From positions 6,388,001-6,452,000 of the forward strand of contig NC_087250.1 of NCBI RefSeq assembly GCF_037042905.1: a stretch of DNA of 64,000 nucleotides, written 5' to 3'. The position numbers and the translations under genes are program-made. The notes beneath the pieces were generated by a model. That model did not search any database. It was not told the origin of the DNA and was given only the letters and a program-made list of their open reading frames with translations. Source of the DNA: Lytechinus pictus. Taxonomy: Eukaryota. Below are positions 52,386 through 64,000 of this stretch, piece by piece; within the stretch, counting starts at the first letter, position 1, and the number at the start of each line of letters is the position of its first letter.

Positions 52386-55300
52386 GGATATTCAAAAAGC
52401 TTTTGATAGTGTTTCCCATGATTTTCTTTTCCATGTATTAAAACAGTTTAATTTTAGCGACAAATTCATTAAATGGATGAAAGTATTCTACTGTTCCAGG
52501 AGAAGCTATGTCACTAATTATGGACATTTGACTAACCCCATAAACATGGAAAGAGGAATTTTTCAAGGGTGTCCCATTTCCCCTTACTTGTTTTTATTAG
52601 TGATCGAAACAATGGCTCTTGCTATTAGACAAAATAAAAACATCAATGGAATTCCTATTGAAAGTACATCTACTGAACTGAAAATTTCTTTGCTAGCTGA
52701 TGATTCTACATGTTTTATTGATGGCTCTGAAAAATCCTTTAAATCATTATTTGAAACAATTGATAATTTTTCTGAATGTTCTGGGTGTAAACTCAATATT
52801 TCCAAATCAGAAGCAATATGGATCGGATCTAAAAAGGGTTCACATTTAGCTCCATTTTCTGAGAATGGTTTGAAATGGAACAAATATTATTTTAAAACTT
52901 TGGGTATACATTTTTCATTGAACACAAAACAATTATATGATCTTAATCATAAGGTGAAACTTAAATCCATTGATAGTACTTTAAACTGTTGGCGCGCTAG
53001 AAATGTATCTCTAGCTGGGAAGATCTGTGTCATAAAGACCCTATTGCTGCCACAACTTCTTTATTTTTTTCAGTATTGTGTATCAAAATACCCAATAAAT
53101 TGTTTAGACAATTGAATGCAATTTTGTTTAGATTTATATGGGGTGTAGGCAGTGATAGGGTCAGAAGACAATTTATATGGAATGATTTTAGTGGAGGTGG
53201 CTTAAAAATGATTGATCCATATGCTTTCTCTGTGGCACAAAAAATGTCATGGGTCAAAAAGCTCCTGGATGATAATTATGAAAGCTTGTGGAAATCAATT
53301 GAAATGTCTGCTTTAAGTCATTTTAATGATAAAAGTGATATTTTATGGAAATCCTATGCTCCTCTCAGTATTTTGAATAAATTAACATCCTTTCAATTGG
53401 CTGAATCACTCCATACATGGTATATATTCAGAGAATATTTTGTCAAAACTGAATTCAATGTAACATTTTCTTCAATAGGTTTTTGCCAGTGCATTTGGTT
53501 TAATAAAAATATCTGTTCAAAATCAAAGCATTATTTTTTGTACCAAGACTGGCTTGACAATGGAATAGTTTATAATAGTGATTTGCTTAACCCTCCCCAT
53601 CCTGGCCATAAACTCTTTGAAGAACTTGTATTAGATTATGATATCAGTAAACACGATAGGAGGAAATGCAATTTTCTATTGAAAAATATACCATCTGATT
53701 GGTTGGTCACATCCGACCTGACCACGGATAAGATATTTGACAAAATAAGAAACCAACTATTGAAAACTCACAAGGTCCCCAAATTTGCATATAGAGTTAT
53801 ATTAGAACCATGTCTTTCAGAAAAACAAATGACTTTTTAAAAAGACCTTGATGATACTGGTCAGGTCAGTTGGGAAAAAAATCATCTAAATAATTTCAAA
53901 TGTACTATTAGTATGCGCATTCGTTCTTTTTATTTTAAGTTATTTCACAGAGCAATAGGTTTAAATGATTTTTTGTATAAAATTAAAAGAAAAGACTCCC
54001 CTAACTGTTCTCTTTGTAAAGCTGCTCCTGAAACGTATGTCCATCTGTTTATAGAGTGTCCTGTTGTTAAACCCATTTGGGTTGAAGCTATTAAGGCTAT
54101 TGCTAAGAAAAGTGATAAACTACAAACTATCTCTATATTTGAAAAAAATGTTTGGTTTTGAGTCCGACAAATTCGTAACTTTTTGGTTTCTCTTACTTAA
54201 ATATTATATTTATATATGCAAATTTCAAAATAAGCCACTAAGTTTTGAAGGTTATAAAGCCTTTATTGCTGTTAACAAAAAACTTGAATATGGTATTGCC
54301 AAAAAAAAATAATAAACTTAGCATGCATTTTCGGAAATGGAGATTTAACATATGACCACTGATATTGCTATTTAGCACATGAAATTTATACATGTACCAT
54401 GTGTACATTTCCATCTTCATTTAAATGTACTTTATCATGTTTATGGGAGTATTTTTGTCTTCTTTTTTTAATGATTGACTTTTCTTTGGGTTTTGCTTTA
54501 CAAGTGGTGTGTAATGCTTATTTGGTATATTATGCTGCAGTATTTATGTTTTGGTGTTTTATATATCTTATTATTATTCTTATCATTATTGTTATTTTTT
54601 TTTGCTGCTTAACTTTTTTTTATTACATGTATATTGATTCGATGATTGTAAACCTTTGAAAATCAATAAAACATATTTAAAAAAATGAAGAAAAAAAATG
54701 AAGAAAAAAAAATTGTATAATTCACGCCAATTATAATTATTCCCTAACAATACATAACTGATAAAGTACGATTCTATCAATAATACTCACGTATTTTATG
54801 GAAAATTGGTGCCGTGTACTGAAGTGATTTTCTCGCATAAACTCCCCATTCAGTGTGCGCGCGTACGTTATATTTGCAATAGGACACTTTTTCGCGAACT
54901 TACCCGTCGAGTTGCGTTATAAGCCAAGGTCGCTTTTAAGACCTTAACAAACGTTTGACCACAAGGTTTTAATGGGGTTTGAATTAAAGGGGCCAACGGG
55001 CCATCTTTTCCTTGATATTATACATGCTATGGGATCTATTAAAACAGTAACTCTTTGAAGTGGGGGATTTGTATTGGATATTCTTTGTTAGCACAATTAA
55101 AACAGCTTTAAACGTTATGAGGCTATCGTTACGTTTCCAGCGGCAGGTATTTTCATCATAATGTTGTCATCAATCGCCCTTTCCCTTTTATTCAAAGATT
55201 TCTCGATGGCTGGTCTTTCGACTTCAAAACAACGTCTGGTGTTGAGGTGAGCATGAGTTGTGTCTAGTATCGAAGAAGTATAGTTTCACTCTAAATTGAA

Positions 55301-55975
55301 GGTCATTTGACAAGGAAAAAAGGTCACTTATAAAGTAAAGATGATTGGGGGTCGGCTCCTAAATGTAGGTCATCATTTTATTTATTTTTTTTGCTTGGCA
55401 GTCCAAGAAGAAAAGGAAATATTAAAAAGTTTAATATCTGCTCTTTCATTTGATACCTTAATAAAAAAAAATGGTCAAGAACTAAAAAGTTATGTTCCCT
55501 CAAAATAATGCTTGTATTTCCATAATTGCATTAAACAAACGTGTTTTCATCGGTTTCCCACAGAAGCTATTACACGGTTAAAAAAAGACTTAAGGAATGA
55601 CTGATCGTCATCAAAGTGTAGAGTAAGCCTGAACGCTAGCTTGAAAAACTTGAAATTCAAGCCTTACATGTTTTTCAAACAACCATAAACTTTGGTTTTT
55701 ATAGCCCATTTTTTGTAATTGAGGTATCAAATTAAAGAGCAGATGTTCAACTTTTTAAACATGTGGTTTTCTTTTTAAAAACCCAGATACAGCCCGCCAA
55801 GTGACTTTTTGGTATCCCTTCTTCAAATTGTTTTGCTCACTCATGCGTAAATGAGTATTAATGTAAATAACTTCAGGGGAAAGTGGAGATTATAAGCTTC
55901 ACAGTGGTAAGTTATTAGTTTATTGTATTTGTGATGAAGTTATGATAAATCATCCACGGTTACAGCCCGATCGTG

Positions 55976-56056
55976 GGTCCGATAGACCGCGGGCCTGATA
56001 GACCGCGGGCCCGATAGACCGCGGGTCCGATAGTCCGCGGGTCCGATAGTCCGTGG
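55976..56056. repeat. 16-bp minisatellite (GGGTCCGATAGACCGC) x ~5
   Basis: Direct reading. Confidence 0.9.
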
Positions 56057-56133
56057 TGTGTGTAAAATTATGATCAGGATATAGTGAGATCCAATGTCAT
56101 CAAGAAGTCAAAAGGTCAATGATACGAGTCCAT

Positions 56134-56799
56134 GGGGTTCTATAACGATGACCCAAAGGACAACCCCCCCCCCCCCGACAACTACTTCAAGGAAAATATT
56201 ATCCCCATATTTGTATCGTCGGGGACGGTTACCCTCCCCCCCCCCCCGGAAATTTACCCTCTAGACGCCAATTACCCCTAGTACGGAGCCTTTCAAATGC
56301 CATTGACTTGACGACATGGCGAGATACTTTATCTTGCCATGTCGACTAAATAAGCTTATTATGTCCGCATGGCGAGATACATTATCCTGCCAAGTCCACA
56401 TATAAAAAGTTATACGTCAACATGGTGAGATATGTTATCTTGCCAAGTCGACTTGTAACAAGTTATATGTCAACATGGCGATATATCGGGATTCTCGCCA
56501 GGACTTGAACACTTCATATCTCGCCATGTCGACATATCGACTTGACAAGATAGAATATATCGCCATGTCGAAATAATAAGCTTATTAATTATACATGGCA
56601 AGATAAAGTATCACGCCATTTCGTCACGTCGATGGCATTTTAAAGGCTCAGTACTAAAGGTACTGAGCCGGGGTAATTGTCTGGAGGATAAATTTCCGGG
56701 GGTAACAGTCCCCGGCGGTAAAAATATGGGGATCATATTTTCCTTGAAGTAGTTGTCAGGGGATGATTGTCCTAATTGGGTTATTGTGTTATAGAACCC
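56134..56799. mobile_element. Foldback MITE with nested inner MITE (~56280-56655)
   Basis: GGGTTCTATAAC / GTTATAGAACCC and CAACTACTTCAAGGAAAATAT / ATATTTTCCTTGAAGTAGTTG inverted pairs; inner AGTACGGAGCCTTT / AAAGGCTCAGTACT with ACATGGCGA subrepeats. Confidence 0.75.
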
Positions 56800-57295
56800 T
56801 GGCGCGGATCCAAGAATTCGTGAGAAGGCGGCCCAAATTTGACCTGATTCTTGACGCCCATGTGTACCTTTCGAAAAATGGCGCCCACTCCCTACCAGCC
56901 AGGCTCACTTAAGTGCCTTAAATGGATTTTGAATTATCTTATAATCACATTTTAAAAAAGGCAATTAAAGACCACTCTTTTAATGTGTTCTTGAAAAAAA
57001 ATCCATGAATATATAATGAAATATCAATGGGAGCGCGAAGCGCGAGCGATTTGGGGGGAGGGGGGGGGGGTTCAATTTGGTTTAACTTCTCACCAGTGAG
57101 AGTAGGCCCTACTAGAATATTGTGTGAACGGGAGCTGTAGTTTCTTTACTAGTTGTTTTAGAATAGCCTTCAATAATATTAATGATAACTTCTTGGGAAT
57201 AATGCAATTTCGAAGCACTCGACTCATTCTCCTCATTAGTGGCGTATCAATTCAGCATGGGTGCACCGGGGGTGGGGGGGGGGGGGGTTCTGTTA

Positions 57296-58252
57296 CACCC
57301 ACAAATGTAATAATCACACACAAATGTAATAACGCCCACAAATGTAATAACGCCCACAAATGTAATAACACTTTACCCACAAATGTAATAATTTCACCCA
57401 CAAATGTAATAACGCACTTTACCCACAAATGTAATAATTTTTGATCGCCCACAAATGTAATAATGACTTTACCCACAAATGTAATAAATTTGAAAGGATT
57501 TTTGGCGAATCCATTCTAAACTAAAATCCTGTAGTAATTGCGTTCATATAGCATAAAAGTGCAGTCTTTCATCCAGACCCGGTTAATAAAACATTTTAGT
57601 ACAAGTCCAAAGTCTTTTTCCAGACCCGGTTGTTTCAAAATTATAATATAGTCTTTTTTTCCAGACTCGGTTAATTCAAAAATTATAATGCAGGTCCAAA
57701 GTCTTTTTTCCAGACCCGGTTGTTTCAAAAATTATAATATACGTCCAAAGTCTTTTTCCAGACCCGGTTAATTCCAAAATTATGATATACATCCAAAGTC
57801 TTTTTTCCAGACCAGGTTTATTCAAAAATTATAATGCAAGACCAAAGTCTTTTTTTCAGACCCGGTCGTTTCACAAATTATAATATCAGTCCAAAGTCTT
57901 TTTTCCAGACCCGGTTGTTTAAAAAATTATAATAAACATCCAAAGTCTTTTTTTTAGACCCAGTCGTTTCAAATATTATAATATAAGTCCAAAGTCTTTT
58001 TTCCAGACCCGGTTGTTTCAAAAATTATAATATGCGTCCAAAGTCTTTTTCCAGACCCGGTTGTTTCAAAAATTATTATATAAGTCCAAACTAAGATACG
58101 ATAATGATATCTAGTGGAATAAAAATGAGAATCGAGCTTAGTCTTTTCTCCAGACCCAGTTAATTAAAACTGGTGGAAAAGTAACAAGGACCCCAACTCC
58201 CTTATTTATGTTAAATAACATGGAAATACAGCATAGTCTTTCATCCAGACCC
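57296..58252. repeat. Two adjacent minisatellites: (CCCACAAATGTAATAA..)n at 57296-57488 and ~48-bp (CCAGACCCGGTT...CCAAAGTCTTTTT)n at ~57560-58252
   Basis: Direct reading. Confidence 0.9.
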
Positions 58253-58332
58253 ATAACAAATGAATATTAATAATAATAATAAGTTAGTAATAATAAAAAA
58301 GCAAACAAAGACCCACGATCCTAATTATGTTG

Positions 58333-59488
58333 AATAATAATAATAATAATAATAATGAGACTTGTAAAGCGCCAAATCCACTCTGTAGAGTGCTAAAGGC
58401 GCATAAAGAGCTAAGAGTTAAATAGCAAAGTTTTTAGAAGATTTTTGAAAGTTTCGATAGAGGTACATTTTTTATGTCTTCAGGAAGGCTATTCCACAAA
58501 GTGGGGCATGCAAAAGCAAATGATCTTCCCCCCCCCCCAACTTTTTGAAACTTTCGGAATGACAAGGAAGCCAGAGGTGGATGAATTCAAAGATCTGCCT
58601 GGTCTGTAGTGATTGGTAAGTGAAAGACTGTATTGTGGTGCTGATCCACGAATACTATGAAAGGCAAGCAACAAAATCTTAAAGATAATCCGGTTTTTGA
58701 TAGGGAGCCAGTGCAGCGAATACAAGATGGGGGTGATATGTGAGTGTTTACTTGACAGAGTGACAATGCGAGCGGCTGCATTTTGAAGCTTCTGAAGCTT
58801 ATGTAACTGAGCCTGTGGTAAATTAAACAAAAGGGCATTACAAAAATCAAGGAGGGAGGAAATCAAGGCATGTACTATCTTTGCGGTCGTGGACTTAGAT
58901 AAATATTTCCGGATAAATCCGAGATTGCGAAGATGATACCGAACTGATTTGCAGATATTTGAAATTTGGGAAGACATTGTCATATGTGAATCAAAAGTTA
59001 CTTCAAGATTACGGCAAGTTTGAGACAAATAAATTGTGTGGCCAGAAAATGAAAAGGAATTGACATCAATTTTGTTGAGCTGCACTTTAGAGCCAAACAA
59101 AAGAAATTCGCACTTATCTAAGTTTAGTTTCAAGGAATGGGTTTGCATCCAGTCGTGAACATCAATCATACTTGATTGAAGACGACGAATAGCATTATCA
59201 GCTGCTTGCTGAGTTGAATCAAAAGAAACATGACGAAAAACCTCCGTTTGAGAACACTATATCCCAGTTTCTTTTTCACCAATTCTCTTCTCCAAGTACT
59301 ATAAGCCCTAAGTATCAAAACACCTGTTTCTTGACTTCGGTCCGAAGATAACACGACAGTCCAGCACACACAGCAGGGGGCCACACACGATGGATTGCAA
59401 CGTGTCTATAAGAGCCTGCTATGGAGTTCCGTGTATACACGCGGTGAAGTGCAACTTTTTTCTTCTTTCGTCCTTTCTTTCTTCCTTC

Positions 59489-59531
<43 letters not shown>

Positions 59532-60321
59532 TCCTTCTTTCTTTCTGTCTGGCAGTTGTTTTTTTTTTCGAACGTTAGGACTGTATCAATGCGCGAGTGA
59601 ACGGCATGCATACCATATTTTCTTGCTGGACGGACAGAAACTATGGGATGCATCGCAGCGCTGAGGGCAGTCCCTGCATGCAAAGCATACCCTAATTTTT
59701 ATTCGCTTATTTTCCTTATTTCGAGGTCGATTTTCTTCGTTCGAAATTGAAAAACGACTAATATTGGATGTTTGAATACAATATGCCTTTGAAAACGTGA
59801 TTAAATATCGAAGACAATAATTTCATTCCGAAGTTCCTTCTACAGGCAGAGAAGTCTTACGTAATAGCACAGCTGTTGTTTATCATTTCGTCCTTGGCTT
59901 TACTGGCCTGTGGAGGTGAAATTGAGACAACAGGGATTACCTGGCCAAGACGGGTTTATCGGGGCTCGGAAATGTTCAAATGAGAAATGAGAGTTTCAAA
60001 TGAAAAATGGGGTCTAATACCGCAGTTTGCGATCCCAACTGCGGTGAAACCTCAAACGGGGTATTTTCGTAATGATAATAAGTTGAATGTCATTCGCATA
60101 AATATGGTAGTCAATTCCGTGACGGAGCATCACTTGCCGCAATCCAATCATGTACATTGAGAAAAGGGTCGGTCCGCCCACAGAGCCCTGCGGTACGCCA
60201 TGGGTCAGAGGTGAATCAGCTGATTGACAGCCATTTATACACACAATCTGTGAATGGGAAGAAAGATAGGATTCAAACCACTTGAATGCTTCACCTCTGA
60301 CACCAAACGAACTTAAAGTAT
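58333..60321 (-). mobile_element. L2-like LINE 3' portion, interrupted by a TIR element and cut at 60321 by a Gypsy LTR
   Basis: GVPQGSV.GPTLF..YANDIQL (60080-60244), then VSFDST...DVHDWM...LKLNLDKCE...LQNAAAR...LHWLP. Ends in GCGCTTTACAAGT..(ATT)n. Confidence 0.85.
59229..60074. mobile_element. TIR element inside the L2 RT, containing (CTTT)n
   Basis: CATGACGAAAAACCTCCGTTTGAG vs reverse-complemented right end CATTACGAAAATACCCCGTTTGAG; the L2 frame continues on both sides. Confidence 0.65.
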
Positions 60322-61017
60322 TGTGGCGGCCCCCCGTCTTAGAACGGGTCCTGGATGCTGGGGGCCGGCTTGTCCCTTGCCTCTATCACCTTCATCTGTT
60401 GATGAATTATTAGCCATCCTTAATACGAGCGTTTCCGTATATATGGCCTTATGTAGAGACCCGGGCGTGTTCCGTTTTCCCAAAATATATGGGGTGGAGT
60501 GTTGAGAGGTAGTCTGAACAGGTGAAATATAGAATAACAGGGGGTTTCTATTGGAGCTGTATAATCTCTATGGGTAGGCTTATATTGTAGTAGTCAATTG
60601 GATTCCATAGATCACACAGGTTGGAGACGATGATTACATTTGGTTTATGACAACGGTCATAATTTAATTATACATCATTGTTCAGCATTTGTACAGGTTA
60701 TCACCATTAACACCGTCACCAATTATCCAGAATTGTATTTGCAGTAGTAGAAATTAGGCGAGCAATGTTCATTTCCAAACCTTTCCTTGATTCAGCCCAG
60801 TTGGAGAGGAGCGCAGGGAGTTATTCGTCCGACTCCGACCTCCGCCAGCGTCGAAGTGACGAGATCACTGCGAAACTCCGCAATTTATAGTCTCCGAGAG
60901 CTGCCTTACGCAGTGCGTTGCGTAAGTCGATAATTGAGTTCTAACGCACCAAAAGCTATAGCGCCATCTACGTTTACTGCATTATAACCAAAAACTGTAG
61001 CGGACTGGTTCGCTACA
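60322..61017 (-). repeat. 3' LTR of canonical Ty3/Gypsy element
   Basis: TGTGGCG...CGCTACA termini (TG...CA); minus-strand PPT AAGAGGGGGGCTG abuts 61017. Confidence 0.8.
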
Positions 61018-61681
61018 CAGCCCCCCTCTTCAAGGAATGTGTCCTCACATTTGTTTTATCCTCACATTAGCAGAGGGATTCCAAACAATTTGACAAAGCC
61101 ACCAAAATGTATTGAATTATATGCATCGCTGTATTAATCATACTGAGAGTTATGTCCTCTTGTATACACTCCTTATATGGATACTATGTACAATCGGTCT
61201 CTCTGCATCTTCCATAACTTATTTCTGTAAACTCTCATTGATAGCAACATAATCATCATTCTCATTAGCTGAATGAATTCACTCTGTGGACATTAACTCT
61301 GAATATAAACATTACAGCGAGTGCTTTCCATGTTAAATCATTTTCATAAGCATTTTTACAACTAGGACACCTCCTTGAACAATATTATCCGAAAAGATAA
61401 TGGTGTGGTGTTTCACAAAACAAATAAATGACTTACACTACGACATAAATATGGCGAAAAATGTATATATATACAAGTCCAGTAGAAATTGAGTTTGTTT
61501 CCACATTGGTTCAACAGTTCGTGTGGATTAGTGCTTCTATCTGAATAGTTCATTCTTTAACAGTCAGAATCCTTGCGTCTTCTGTTATGCCACGCAGTAG
61601 ATCCATAGATAGATTTATATTAACAGTTCAACATCTAGAATACAGTTCCACATCTATCTGCAAATGGAAAGTTATGAGTGT

Positions 61682-64000
61682 TCAATAGAAATAGTCTGGA
61701 GGTCTTCTCTGCCTTCTTGGATAGCGTGAAGTGTTGACGTCTGAGTCACTGGAATCATCAGGTAATGGAATTCCTGGTTCTACTGTAGTCTCAGTAGAAG
61801 CCTGAGTAGGTTGTCCATCATTCACTACATCTGGTTCACAATCGATATTCACCTCGTCTGTTAGGTCGGCTGGCTGAGTCCTCCAGGCCTCTGGTACATC
61901 ATATCCATTGTAGAGCTTCAGGCGGTCGAAGTGGACCACTCTTAGTTTGCTCCTGGGGGATCTCTGGATACGATAGGTCACGTCGGAAAGTCTAGACACC
62001 ACTTGGTAGCGACCTTCCCATTTGGGTGCTAATTTGGGGCTGACTCTCTTCTTCCTGGCGTTGTTGCGGAGCCATACGAACTGTCCAGCTTCATAGAGTT
62101 TCCCATCTGATTTCCGATCATAGTTCCTCTTCTGGCGTCTCAGTTCAACACCCTTACGTTCCTGGGCCCTTTGGTACGTCTCGTCCATTCTTTCCCTCAG
62201 CTGCTGAGCATAATCAGTCCACTCACTTCCATCCTGTTTGGAGAATTGCAAATCGATAGGCAGTGAAACCTCTCGGCCAAACATCATCATGTTTGGAGCC
62301 TCCTTGATTGTGTCGTGCGTGGAGCTTCTGTATGCAGCTGCGGCATAGGGTATGTACCTGTCCGAGTCCCGCTGGTGCTTCTCTGGATCCAGTAGAATAG
62401 CAAGAATGTTGATCAGTGTCCGGTTGAACCTTTCAACCATCCCATCACTATTTGGGTTGTACGGTGTCATCCTTGTCTTTCTGACACCCAGTAATAACAC
62501 ACTTCTTGGAAGATGTTGGACTCGAAGTTCCTGCCCTGGTCACTATGCATCTCATTAGGAACTCCATAGCGGCAGATGAATTCGTCCACAAGCTTCCGTG
62601 CCACTGTTTCAGCTCTTTCATCTGGTATTGCATATGCCTCGACATGCTTGGTATAATAGTCAGCTACCACAATAATGTATTTGTTTCCATCATCAGTAAC
62701 TGGCAATGGTCCCATAATGTCCAGGGCAATCCTCTCCATCGGATATCCACTCTGCCTCTGCTGTAGCGGAGCTCTTTTCCCTGGTCCTGCCTTCTGTCGG
62801 CGAGCGCAGTCTGGACATTGCCTAATGAAGGATCTGACATCTTCCTTCATTCCTACCCAGTAGAAACGTTCCTGTACTTTGTGTAGAGTCTTCGTCAAAC
62901 CAAGATGTCCTGCCATGGAAGAGGAGTGAAGGTCCTGTAGCACCTCCGGTATCAGAGCTTTAGGAAGTACATAACGCCACCTGACATCTCGTCCTCTCTT
63001 GATTCCCACCTCCTATAGAGAACACCATCTTTGACCTGTAGCTGGTCCCAGTGATCCAGAAGAACCTTGACCTTAAAAGGATATGCCGTCGTCTCTTCCC
63101 GGGATGGCTTCCTCCCTTCCACCAGTGCATTCCTGACCGGATTTATGTTAGGATCTTCCTGTTGGGCCTCTTGGATGTCAGCTAGGTTGTCATTCCTCAA
63201 CGTGATGACGTTGATATTCCCAGTGTCTCCTCCATAGATGCAGCCTTCTTCTCGCTTACACTGCCTGCATGGTCTTCGAGATAGAGCGTCAGCGTTGCTG
63301 TGAATCCTTCCAGCTCTGTGTATAATCTCAATGTCGTAGCTTGATATGACTTCCAGCCATCGTGCCAACTGACCTTCAGGTTGCCGGAAATTCACCAGCC
63401 ATCTCAGAGCTCCATGATCAGTCCTCACCTGGACGTGGCGACCATACAAATACTGCTTGTAGTGTTTGAGGTACACTACTACAGCAAGTAGTTCCTTACG
63501 GGTTACACAGTAGTTCATTTCTGGTTTGCTTAGGACTCGGCTTCCATAGACAATGACCCGTTCCTAGCCATTCTGTATCTGGGAGAGTACACCGCCGATA
63601 CCATCATTGCTGGCGTCTGTGTCCAGAATGAACCTTCCCTCCACAGTAGGGTACACCAGTATTGGAGCCGTGACTAGTCTGTGCTTCAGTTCCTCGAAGG
63701 CTTCTTGGCACTCCTGGTTCCACTCGAACTTCCGTCCCTTCTCTGTCAGTTGGTGCAGAGGTCTAGCAATTCTGGCAAAGCCTTCAACGAAGCGACGGTA
63801 ATAAGATGCAAGGCCTAAGAATCCACGGACCTCCCTCACTGACTCGGGTCTGGGCCATGTCCTGATTGTTTCTGTTTTGTCCTTCTCTGTCGATATGCCT
63901 TCTGCAGAGACGACGTGCCCGAGGTATGAAACAGAAGTCTTGAACAAGTTGCACTTCTTTGGCTTCAGTTTCAGCCCTGTCTGTCTTAGGCGTTCGAACA
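61682..64000 (-). pseudogene. pol: Ty3/Gypsy pol (RT C-terminus, RNase H, integrase), frameshifted, continuing past the window
   Basis: YLGHVVS, GFLGLASYYRRF, LDTDAS, TRKELLAVV, RTDH, NADALSR, H..GH..C..C, DIMGP, SDQGRNF, GMVERFN, WEGRY...VHFDRLK. Confidence 0.92.

Larger units (their letters stand above)
43500..54712 (+). mobile_element. L1/Tx1-clade LINE with complete but decayed ORF2 (43648-54356), split by two insertions
   Basis: APE endonuclease (NCRG, LQETH, GDFN, SRLD), RT (KSPGLDG, RPISLL, KAFDSV, GIFQGCPISP, LADD), CCHC (CSLC..ETYVHLFIEC), AATAAA and A-tail; several stops and frameshifts. Confidence 0.9.

Noticed and set aside
57560..58252. Regularly spaced repeats resembling a CRISPR array (also 33100-33880 and 41930-42520)
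   Set aside because: The 'spacers' are similar to one another, so these are tandem repeats. The context is eukaryotic and no cas genes are present.
59315..59683. Lys/Glu/Arg-rich and Phe/Leu/Ser-rich ORFs (also 24604-24879)
   Set aside because: Products of (CTTT)n and (TA)n(TG)n microsatellites.
61030..61680. Possible env-like gene between Gypsy integrase and 3' LTR
   Set aside because: No ORF of 60 aa or more; AT-rich untranslated region.

Overview
AT-rich, intron-containing animal DNA that is mostly transposable elements. The NLR-type exons and SINE/MITE types suggest a sea urchin or other echinoderm (inference). Host coding sequence is limited to the 3' part of a NACHT-LRR (NLR-like) gene at 1-1556 and a 5'-truncated paralog at about 21808-22776. 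The rest is nested mobile DNA. (i) A TTAA-flanked piggyBac-like element (5215-19158) contains an 11.2-kb CCC...GGG element with a 2-bp TSD and long ACCATT satellite arms. (ii) Five Helentron/HINE-like elements carry internal tandem arrays. (iii) Two L1/Tx1-type LINEs are present: one has a ~120-nt hairpin rich in G-U pairs right after its stop codon, and the other is split by a full-length LTR retroelement with non-canonical CG...CG LTR ends, a 3-bp TSD and an LADD RT motif (Troyka-like). (iv) L2-like LINE fragments, a canonical Gypsy element running off the right edge, tRNA-derived SINEs and many MITEs fill the remainder. All calls come from reading the sequence by eye; no searches were run.
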